A stretch of DNA of 41,899 nt from Nemertoderma westbladi (taxonomy: Eukaryota; Animalia; Xenacoelomorpha). The position numbers were made by a program, and so were the translations under genes. Below, piece by piece: positions 22,088-32,610 of this stretch; position 1 is the stretch's first letter, and each line of letters starts with the position of its first letter. The notes beneath the pieces were generated by a model. It was not told where the DNA came from and did not search any database. It saw nothing but the letters and a program-made list of their open reading frames with translations. Where the stretch lies: NCBI GenBank assembly GCA_032718475.1, contig JAUCBJ010000573.1, forward strand, positions 1 through 41,899. The letters are read 5' to 3'.

Positions 22088-23554
22088 AGGAACCGAGAGG
22101 TTCATTACTGTAAGAATTGCTCGTGGCTGACTGGCTGGCTGATCTACAGCCAAAACTACTCTAACGATTTTGATGAAATTTTCACAGCGGCTGGCTGACC
22201 GGATTCTAAGGTCCCTGGTATGTTCCGCTATTTCGTCCATGAGCCGTGGGTTCGAAAAATAGACATAAACGAAAAAACGCCATAGGCGCAATGGTAAAAT
22301 AACACCAATGACAGCTGGTGTCCTCATGAAAAATGGCTTATGTAATGCATTTCTACACAAGGCTTAGTATAAATCGATGAGGTTGCCAAGATTATTGTAC
22401 TCAGTACACCCATACTGTTTGTTTAGGCCCTAGGACACTCTGTCAAAGCAAATATTAACTGGTTGGTTTAGTTAATCGCCTCAGCTGAAGTACTCTTCCC
22501 AATGCATTCTATGCGAATATCTCCCTCTGCTAATGTAAGCTGAATGACTTTAGTACACAGTGTGTTGGCTACATTAATGCCAACATTATTGCAAAATGTT
22601 TTATTGTTGGATTACTCTCTCTCAGTCTCCCCTTCAGAACATTGTATAGGGAATTTACTTTAGTTTACTCTACTGTGCCATTCAGCTGAATGGATTTGAG
22701 CGATTGCCAAGTACAGAGTTGGATCATTCTCTGACCATAGGCAAAGACATCAAATCTTTTTAAGAATATACTTTTTCCATGTTTTTTTTTCTGACCAAAA
22801 ATTTCAAAAAAATTTTTTCGTAGCCAGTACTGCCAATCGATTCGCCATCAAAAATAACGCAAAAAATTTTTTTTGCAAAATTTTAAATTACTGTAAATTT
22901 TTGGCGACTGGGGGGGGGTCAATTTTTTCGATCCGCTATAACTCCGGAACGCTTTGTCCAAATTCGATGGGGTTTTCATTTTTCAACTTAATTCGATGTC
23001 CTCTTTCAGCCTATCCATGTTTCGAAACCCCAAACAGCGCCGTTCAAAAATTATTTTTTTCTAGTTCTAGAATTTTACAAATTTCAAAAAAGTTGCAGTA
23101 TTTTATTAACGCCTTTACGGAATTCGATAGCGTTTTCGATTTTTATATTAAACGCAATATCCTGAATCTCACTAGCCTAGTTTCGCGTCACCAATGCCAA
23201 GATTTCATACTTTTGAGGAAAATTTTTCTAGAATAATTTTTATTTAATTACATTTATCGCGATTTCTTATTACTGATTGCACATGAATTGATGGAGTTTT
23301 CAATTTATTAACTAAACACGATATCGCGCATCGCACCAGCGTGGTTTCGAAATTCCAAAACGAGGTCTTCACTAGTTGCAGGTCGATTTTGTTCTAGAAT
23401 TGAGCAACTAATAATGGATCAAATTTATTAATAATTATTGTATGAAATATGATTGTATTTTTAGATAATTATTAGTTCTATACTAATTCTCGTTGTCTCT
23501 TTTATTTAAAATAAAAAGTCGGTTCCTTATCGGGCCGCTAGGCCCGTCACTAGT
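22088..23554 (+). mobile_element. Full-length type A element (1.47 kb)
   Basis: Same termini; separated from the previous unit by TTGAAATT. Confidence 0.9.
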
Positions 23555-23555
23555 T

Positions 23556-23876
23556 AGCAAGTCGTAGGACTTGATTACTGTAAGAATTGTTGGCTGATTG
23601 ACTGGCTGGCTGGCTGGCTGACTGGCTGGCTGATCTACAGCCAAAACTACTCTAACGATTTTGATGAAATTTTCACAGCGGCTAGATACCGCGATTCTAA
23701 GGTCCCTGGTATGTTCCGCTATTTCGTCCATGAGCCGTGGGCTCGAAAAATAGACATAAACGAAAAAACGCCATAGGCGCAATGGTAAAATAACACCAAT
23801 GACAGCTTGTTGATGGAATTTACATTTGATTGATGACTTCCGACTTGCTTAACGGCGTCTTGACGCCGTCTCTAGT
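23556..23876 (+). mobile_element. Miniature (321-bp) type B element with alternative termini
   Basis: 5' AGCAAGTCG with hairpin CAAGTC-GTAG-GACTTG; same core as type A; 3' CGACTTGCT-TA-ACGGCGTC TT GACGCCGT-CTCTAGT. Confidence 0.88.
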
Positions 23877-23877
23877 G

Positions 23878-25367
23878 AGGAACCGAGAGGTTCATTACTG
23901 TAAGAATTGTTAGCTGACTAGCTGGCTGACTGGCTGATCTACAGCCAAAACTACTCTAACGATTTTGATGAAATTTTCACAGCATCTAGATACCGCGATT
24001 CTAAGGTCCCTGGCATGATCGGCTACTCCGTCCATAGCCTCTGGGCTCGAAAAATAGAGATAAACGAAAAAACGCCATAGGCGCAATGGTAAAATAACAC
24101 CCATGACAGCTGGTGTCCTAATGAAAAATGGCTTATGTAATGCATTTCTACACAAGGCTTAGTATAAATCGATGAGGTTGCCAAGATTATTGTACTTAGT
24201 ACACCCATACTGTTTGTTTAGGCCCTGCACTCTCTGTCAAAGCAAACATTATTAACTGGTTGGTTTAGTTTGAAATCTAATATCGCCTCAGCTGAATTAC
24301 TCTTCCCAATGCAATCTATGGGAATATCTCACTCTGCTAATGTAAGCTGAATGACAGTTACGTAGACAGTGAGTTGGCTACATTAATGCCAACATTATTG
24401 CAAAATGTTTTATTGTTGGATTACTCTATGTCAGTCACCCCTTCAGAACATTGTATAGGGAATTTACTTTAGTTTACTCTACTGTGCCATTCAGCTGAAT
24501 GGATTTGAGCGATTGCCAAGTTACAGAGTTGGATCATTCTCTGACCATAGGCAAAGACATCAAATCTTTTTAAAAATATACTTTTTCCATGTTTTTTTTT
24601 CTGACCAAAAATTTCAAAAAAAAATTTTTCGTAGCCAGTACTGCCAATCGATTCGCCATAAGAAATAACGCAAAAAATTTTTTTTGCAAAATTTTAAATT
24701 ACTGTAAATTTTTGGCGACTGGGGGGGGTCAATTTTTTTCGATCCGCTATAACTCCGGAACGCTTTTTCCAAATTCGATGGGGTTTTCATTTTTCAACTT
24801 AATTCGATGTCCTCTTTCAGCCTATCCATGTTTCGAAACCCCAAACAGCGCCGTTCAAAAATTATTTTTTTCTAGTTCTAGAATTTTACAAATTTCAAAA
24901 AAGTTGCAGTATTTTATTAATGCCTTTACGGAATTCGATAGCGTTTTCGATTTTTATATTAAACGCAATATCCTGAATCTCACTAGCCTAGTTTCGCGTC
25001 ACCAATGCCAAGACTTCATACTTTTTGAGGAAAATTTTTCTAGAATAATTTTTATTTAATTACATTTATCGCGATTTCTTATTACTGGTTGCACATGAAT
25101 TGATGGAGTTTTCAATTTATTAACTAAACACGATATCGCGCATCGCACCAGCGTGGTTTCGAAATTACCAAAACGAGGTCTTCACTAGTTGCAGGTCGAT
25201 TTTGTTCTAGAATTGAGCAACTAATAATATATCGAATTTATTAATAATTATTGTATGAAATATGATTGTATTTTTACATAACTATTAGTTCTATACTAAT
25301 TCTCGTTGTCTCTTTTATTTAAAATAAAAAGTCGGTTCCTTATCGGGCCGCTAGGCCCGTCACTAGT
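23878..25367 (+). mobile_element. Full-length type A element (1.49 kb)
   Basis: Type A termini; its core carries variants (CAGCATCTA, GGCATGATCGGCTACTCCG) shared with the type B copy at 27443. Confidence 0.9.
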
Positions 25368-25368
25368 T

Positions 25369-27441
25369 AGGAACCGAGAGGTTCATTACTGTAAGAATTG
25401 TTGGCTGATTGATTGACTGGCTGGCTGGCTAATCTATAGCCAAAACTACTCTAACGATTTTGATGAAATTTTCACAGCGGCTGGATACCGCGATTCTAAG
25501 GTCCCTGATATGTTCCGCTATTTCGTCCGCTCGAAAAATAGACATAAACGAAAAAACGCCATAGGCGCAATGGTAAAATATCACCAATAACAGCTGGTGT
25601 CGTGATGAAAAATGGCTTACGTAATGGATTTCTACACAAGGCTTAGTATAAATCGATGAGGTTGCCAAGATTATTCACTTAGTACACCAATACTGTTTGT
25701 TTAGGCCTTAGGACACTCTGTTAACTGGTTGGTTTAGTTTGAAATCTATTATTGCCTCAGCTGAATTACTCTTCCCAATGCGCACTCTATGGGAATATCT
25801 CCCTCTGCTAATGTAAGCTGAATGACTTAAGTACACAGTGAGTTGGCTACATTAATGTCAACATTTTTGCAAAATGTTTTATTGTTGGACTCTCTGTCAG
25901 TCTCCCCTTCAGAACATTGTATAGGGAATATACTTTAGTTTACTCTACTGTGCCATTCAGCTGAATGGATTTGAGCGATTGCCAAGTAACAGAGTTGGAT
26001 CATTCTCTGACCATAGGCAAAGACAGCAAATCTTTTTAAAAAGATACTTTTTCCATGTTTTTTTTCTGACCAAAAATTTCAAAAAGATTTTTTCATAGCC
26101 AGTACTGTCAATCGATTTGCCATCAAAAATAACGCAAAAAATTTTTTTTGCAAAATTTTAAATTACTGTAAATTTTTGGCGACTGGGGGGGGTCAATTTT
26201 TTTCGATCCGCTATAACTCCGGAACGCTTTGTCCAAATTCGATGGGGTTTTTATTTTTCAACTTAATTCGATGTCCTCTTTCAGCCTATCCATGTTTCGA
26301 AACCCCAAACAGCGCCGTTCAAAAATTAATTTTTTCTAGTTCTAGAATTTTACAAATTTCAAAAAAGTTGCAGTATTTTATTAACGCCTTTACGGAATTC
26401 GATAGCGTTTTCGATTTTTATATTAAACGCAATATCCTGAATCTCACTAGCCTAGTTTCGCGTCACCAATGCCAAGACTTCATACTTTTTGAGGAACATT
26501 TTTCTAGAATAATTTATTAATAATTATTGTATGAAATATACTTTAGTTTACTCTACTGTGCCATTCAGCTGAATGGATTTGAGCGATTGCCAAGTACAGA
26601 GTTGGATCATTCTCTGACCATAGGCAAAGACATCAAATCTTTTTAAAAATATACTTTTTCGATGTTTTTTTTTCTGACCAAAAATTAAAAAAAAAATTTT
26701 TCGTAGCCAGTACTGCCAATCGATTCGCCATCAAAAATAACGCAAAAAATTTTTTTTACAAAATTTTAAATTACTGTAAATTTTTGGCGACTGGGGGGGG
26801 TCAATTTTTTTCGATCCGCTATAACTCCGGAACGCTTTGTCCAAATTCGATGGGGTTTTCATTTTTCAACTTAATTCGATGTCCTCTTTCAGCCTATCCA
26901 TGTTTCGAAACCCCAAACAGCGCCGTCCAAAAATTATTTTTTTCTAGTTCTAGAATTTTACAAATTTCAAAAAAGTTGCAGTATTTTATTAACGCCTTTA
27001 CGGAATTCGATAGCGTTTTCGATTTTTATATTAAACGCAATATCCTGAATCTCACTAGCCTAGTTTCGCGTCACCAATGCCAAGATTTCATATTTTTTGA
27101 GGAAAATTTTTCTAGAATAATTTTTATTTAATTACATTTATAGCGATTTCTTATTACTGATTGCACATGAATTGATGGAGTTTTCAATTTATTAACTAAA
27201 CACGATATCGCGCATCGCACCAGCGTGGTTTCGAAATTCTAAAACGAGGTCTTCACTAGTTGCAGGTCGATTTTGTTCTAGAATTGAGAAACTAATAATA
27301 GATCGAATTTATTAATAATTATTGTATGAAATATGATTGTATTTTTAGATAATTATTAGTTCTATACTAATTCTCGGTGTCTCTTTTATTTAATAAAATA
27401 AAAAGTCGGTTCCTTATCGGGCCGCTAGGCCCGTCACTAGT
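25369..27441 (+). mobile_element. Type A element with internal duplication, near-identical to 18510-20592
   Basis: Same junction and private variants; an ~11-bp deletion near 25528. Confidence 0.88.
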
Positions 27442-29044
27442 TAGCAAGTCGTTAGACTTGATTACTGTAAGAATTGTTGACTGACTGACTGGCTGACTGG
27501 CTGGCTGACTGGCTGGCTGATCTACAGCCAAAACTACTCTAACGATTTTGATGAAATTTTCACAGCATCTAAATACCGCGATTCTAAGGTCCCTGGCATG
27601 ATCGGCTACTCCGTCCATAGACTCTGGGCTCGAAAAATAGAGATAAACGAAAAAAACGCCATAGGCGCAATGGTAAAATAACACCCATGACAGCTGGTGT
27701 CCTGATGAAAAATGACTTATGTAATGCAATTCTACACAAGGCTTAGTATTAAATAGATGAGGTTGCCAAGAGTATTATACTTAGTACACCCATACTGTTT
27801 GTTTAGGCCCTACCACTCTCTGTCAAAGCAAATATTAACTGGTTGATTTAGTTTGAAATGTAGTATCGCCTCAGCTGAATTACTTTTCCCAATGCATTCT
27901 ATGGGAGTCTCTCACTCTGCTAATGTAAGCTGAATGAATGTTAGGCTGACTGACTGGCATTCAAAATGTTTTATAGACATTTAGTGCAAGCTGATTGACT
28001 GTTAGTTACAGTAAACTATTGCACTCTATTTTATTTTTAAATCTTTCGATTAATACTGTACAGGCTATATGCTTATAAGGCAGAATGTTTACTCAGCCTC
28101 GTACTGATACCCTGTAAGGCTAACACAAGCTGAATGATTGACAGTGTTTTGACTACATTAATGCCAACATTAATACTGTGGAGACTGTATGTTTACTGTT
28201 GGCTTTAGGAAGGCAATATTCATACTGTAGATCAGTTATTAGTTTTACTACTGTATTACTCTCTCACTAACTGTGTGTTTGTAATATAAATTAGTGTAGC
28301 CAGCTGATAGCTCTTCTGTCGAAATCCAATGCAAATATTTATTACATACTGTAGGTCTGTAGGTTAATGAATCTTTGAGGTTTAATGAAAATCTGAACTG
28401 AACTGATGAATGGCCAATGGCTGAATGGCCCTAACTGAATTCATTAAGCACAGAAATTAGCCTCTACACTACACTATCAGACTATGACAATCAGAAAATA
28501 CAGCTATTAGAGTATTACAGTACATGGTTACTGGATTATATTGATTTTCCAGTTCAGCAGTTGCTAGAACATCAGTAGGCCTACCATACCACATACCAGT
28601 CTGCAGTCGGCTAGCAGCTTGGTCAGTACCGGTACAGCACAGCCAGACAGCAGCACAGATATCAGGCAGTCAGGAGTATATACAGCCTACTGCCCTGGCA
28701 GCTCTGTACAGTATTAATTACAGTATGCAGTACAGCATACGGCCAGTACTGCAGTTGCAGTACGGCTGTAGGCCTACAGCGCTACAGGCCTAAGTCAGTC
28801 AGTCAGTACGTGTATGGTCCGGCGGTCGGTTCGCCAGATGCCAGACCTGTAGACAGCAGACTGCCTTCCTCCATTAACTCAGACGGGACTGCCAGGCTGC
28901 CACTCCACTGCTCCAGGCTGCCAGGCAACTAACTGACACTCCCACCCAACCTGTTCCGTTCCTACCCCAATCTGCCAATCTATGACTGTATGAGGCGCCA
29001 ATCTGCCAATGCCAGTTACCAGTACTGACTGACTGACTGCAGTA

Positions 29045-29628
29045 AATACACAAAACAAAACACAAAAATACACAAAAAAACACAATATGACCCAAAAAAA
29101 AGTACCGGGTCCGCTACCGCGTACCGGTACCCAAAAAGACAAAAAAATGTTTTTAATAAACAATGTATCTACAATAAGATTAAGGTTAATTGTGAGAAGA
29201 GTTTCACTTTTCAGTTTTCAATTTTCACTTTTTTCAAAATATTACGGTACCTGATTACATTTTGTTCATTTGAAGATTCCTTTAATGACCTAGGCCTACT
29301 GCCAACGGTTTACTGGTAAGCCTACCCACCAACAGACCAAGACTGCCAGACAGCATACAAAATCAGATTTCTTAATTAATGGAAAGGAACAGGTTACAGT
29401 AGCAGGCTTTTCTAACCAAAACAATATGCAATACCGTAATCGATAACCAAAGAACACGGGTTACAGTCTTATTTTTCCAACCCTATACTGCTATACTGCT
29501 ATAGGCAGATAGGAGATAAATTATTTTTGTCTTTTTGGGTAAGTTTTTTGGGTAATATTGTGTTTTTTTGTATTTTTTTTGTGTTTTTTTTGTGTATTTT
29601 TGGGTAATTTTGTGTTTTTTTGGGTAAT
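29045..29628. repeat. Imperfect inverted repeat pair (~29045-29150 / ~29520-29628)
   Basis: AAAAATACACAAAAAAACACAATATGACCCAAAAAA...ACCCAAAAAGACAAAAA mirrored by TTTTTGTCTTTTTGGGT...TTTTTTGGGTAATATTGTGTTTTTTTGT. Confidence 0.7.
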
Positions 29629-29821
29629 TCGTAGGACCGAAGCCCACCGGTAGGCCTAATTATTATCATTGGTTTTATCATCAGTTTGTTTGTTTGTTTG
29701 TATTGTACTATTGCTTTCTTCAGTTCGTCTGTTCGTGAATCCATTCCATTCTGCCATTAACGATTGTCCGAGATTTTCCATCCTCCATCACCACAATCAG
29801 ACACTACTCTATTATCTGACT

Positions 29822-30266
29822 ATGCCTCCGAAAAAACGGACTAAGTTTAACTTCCATGCCGTTCGCAAGGAGCTTCCGGATCCACCTTCTTCATTGCTAC
29901 CGCGGCGGGACGTCGATGTAGCGGGAGTCGAAGTTTCTCAGCTGTCCGGTGGAGACAGTGGTAGGTTGAGGAGATGCAGCACTGGTGGAAACACCGCTAC
30001 TGCATCTATAGGAGAAGCTTCTGCTCCCGCTACGAGTGGCGGGGCCGCGGTGGCGGGACCGGACGTCGTTATGTCGACCACAACTGACGGCGTTGCGCTA
30101 CCAGTGGCGGGAGCGGGTGGGCTTTTTCGTCTACCTACCTCCGACCGTGCCGCCACTGGAAGCGAGCGAATTTCTAATATCGCACCGGTTCCAAGAAGAG
30201 GAAGAGCTTCCAGCTCCGCCAGTATCATTTGCAGTGCTACTCGGAGGGCTGGGAGCTTCCATCAAG
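29822..30266 (+). CDS. Helitron gene exon 1 (MPPKKRTK NLS-like start ... AGSFHQG)
   Basis: ATG at 29822; ends phase 1 at CAAG|GTTAGT; GSFHQG is the typical start of herpes tegument-type protease domains. Confidence 0.75.
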
Positions 30267-31199
30267 GTTAGTTTAATTTATAGACCTAGTCAAGTTGTCA
30301 AGGTAGCCTAGTGCTGTAGCGTTAGTGTATTGTGTGCAGCATACAGAGTGCAGAGCTGTACAGCGTAGACAGGTGGAGTTTACTCAGTAGCAGAGTACCG
30401 GCTGACCGGTACCGGCAGACCTAGTTAGTGTTTAGATCTGAATCAATTTTGGCGAATTTAGTTACAGTTTCAGTATTCAAGGTATTTAAGTTACAGTTTC
30501 AGTGCCGTATTACAAAATTTAGCAATGCAGTTTCTGTTACAGTCTGACAGTTTTGATCCTGCTAAAATTGTAGTTACCGGTACAGTTTTAGTTATAGCAG
30601 TATAGACCGATAGATACAATATATTATCCCACATACTGACAGACTGAACTGACGTAGTAAGCAGTCTTTGAATGATTGAAATAATGTCAGTCTCATCAAG
30701 ACGAGGTACAGTGCAGTCACTTGCCCAATGATAATGAGTCACTTTCCCAACAATATCACTCGTCAAAATAAAAAAAGTTCGGCCTATCTAAAACTAAAAA
30801 TGAGTCATTTTAATGTACCGGTACTGTAATGTAAACAAACATAATAATGTCCATTACGAAACTGCCTCTTTATAGAGCGCTATAGGTAGTTGTAAGAAAG
30901 ATGGACCCTCTCTATGGTAATATTTTGTAACTAATAGGCCTATACTGATCGTACAGTAGTATGTATGTATACTATGTAATGAAAGTTGCGCTCACAAGCT
31001 GACAAGATTATACACTACAGGCACGAGGCACCCACATTTTATTGTACATCTTGTTTCAGTCTGTCAGTGCTTGTGCTATTATCATTTATTGTTTTGGTTA
31101 TAAAGGGCTACTCGTTTCCTTTAATTATTATTGCTACATTGTGTAATAATATACGGTAACGGTATGTTTTAATTTATATTATAATTTTGTTGCTTACAG

Positions 31200-31356
31200 G
31201 TGACTTACGGTTTCCGGTATTGTCGCGAGGGGTTCAATGCACCGCTGTTGCTGCTTACGCCGCTGGAATGGCTGCCATATCAAACCCAGTTCTATGGAAT
31301 ACTGAGACGGTCGATTATATTGTCACTGGGGGAGATCAACTATTCCAACAACTGTC
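31200..31356 (+). CDS. Helitron gene exon 2: catalytic Cys of a peptidase C76/VTD-type deubiquitinase
   Basis: TTACAG| acceptor and |GTAAGT donor. My translation GDLRFPVLSRGVQCTAVAAYAAGMAAISNPVLWNTETVDYIVTGGDQLFQQL (Cys codon 31238-31240) is a different frame from the ORF track. Phases 1 and 2 match both neighbouring exons. Confidence 0.85.
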
Positions 31357-31444
31357 GTAAGTTTTTTACTACGGGTATATACATTTTTATACCTATTTAT
31401 AATTAAATAATAATGTAACCCTAGACCTAAAAAACTCGGCCGTA

Positions 31445-31598
31445 GGGCAGTACTCCAGTACCGTACTCATTTAGCTGCCCCTTATGGATGCAAGGTAGTA
31501 GAGATACGCCGAAAACTGCCGTTGCTCTCATGCTTGGATCGAACCCACGACCTCCAGGGAGAGGATTCCAATTCAATGCAACCGCTACACCATGGTGG
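31445..31598 (-). mobile_element. tRNA-derived SINE fragment in intron 2
   Basis: Minus strand has A-box TGGTGTAGCGG and B-box GGTTCGATCC followed by non-tRNA body sequence. Confidence 0.55.
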
Positions 31599-32610
31599 AA
31601 CCTATGGCATCATTTTGCGGAATTTCGGATATCATTGCCATTGGCCCTTAAATATTCATAATTGTCCCTCGAATTTGAATCTCTATTCGTTGTAAACTGT
31701 GTTATTTTATGACAAAACTTTTATATAATTTCGCTTATATAATAAATTTATTTAATTTTCACTTTTTTACACTTAGCATAATAAAATATGCTATAATATT
31801 AAATTATCTCTGTAACAATTATTGGTACAGGTAGATTTTGGAATACAGTACATAACTTGGTCAGTTTGCTGACGTCTTGTAGATATTAGTTAGAGGGGCG
31901 GGGCATACCGCATACCCCCATATAAGTTGTAGTTGAAGGTACAGATGTAGACTTGACTTATTTTTAGCACCATATTATTCAGCCTTAAATTACCCCCTGC
32001 ATTTTCGGATGAGTGTAAATTATAATATTATTATAATTAACTATAATAATATAATTAATAATTATTAATAAATACTGTTACCTTTGGATTTAGTCAACCC
32101 CTGCTATTATAACTTTATACCACTGTTGTTATGCATTATACGCCATATCCTAAGGCACCTGTAATTATCTAGGTAATAAAATCTAAACATTCAATTACAT
32201 TTAGATAAAACGTTTATCATTTGACTACCCCGACATATTTCAATTTTTGGCTTCAGCTATCCCCCCCACACACATTACGTAACGACGACAGTAACCAAAT
32301 ACCCCCCCCCCCCCATACCAATCTTTATTAATGATAAAGAATATTTTTATTCGACATGCACCCTGCCTGGCGTTATGTAATTCATGGACATCGCCTTGAC
32401 GTTTCGTTTCTTCATTTCGTTTACACCTATTGACCTATTATATAGGCTAGATATTGTTCCTTGAGCCAACCGTTAATGATAGTAGTATAAAGAACATATG
32501 CCGTACAGCATACGATACGAGCACATATCCAATCTTTCATGGCTTCACCAAATCGTGTTTGTGAAATTGTGTCAGCTGTAAACTTATTATTATTGTGACT
32601 TAACTTTTAG

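Noticed and set aside
15386-27729. Recurrent 70-156-aa ORFs (MATGGGQFF..., MCRNPLRKP...) as a gene family
   Set aside because: They recur only because the DNA unit is repeated; starts and frames vary with homopolymer indels and there are no protein motifs.
31200-31406. ORF-track peptide MTYGFRYC...
   Set aside because: Wrong frame; the splice-consistent frame encodes the QC catalytic motif.
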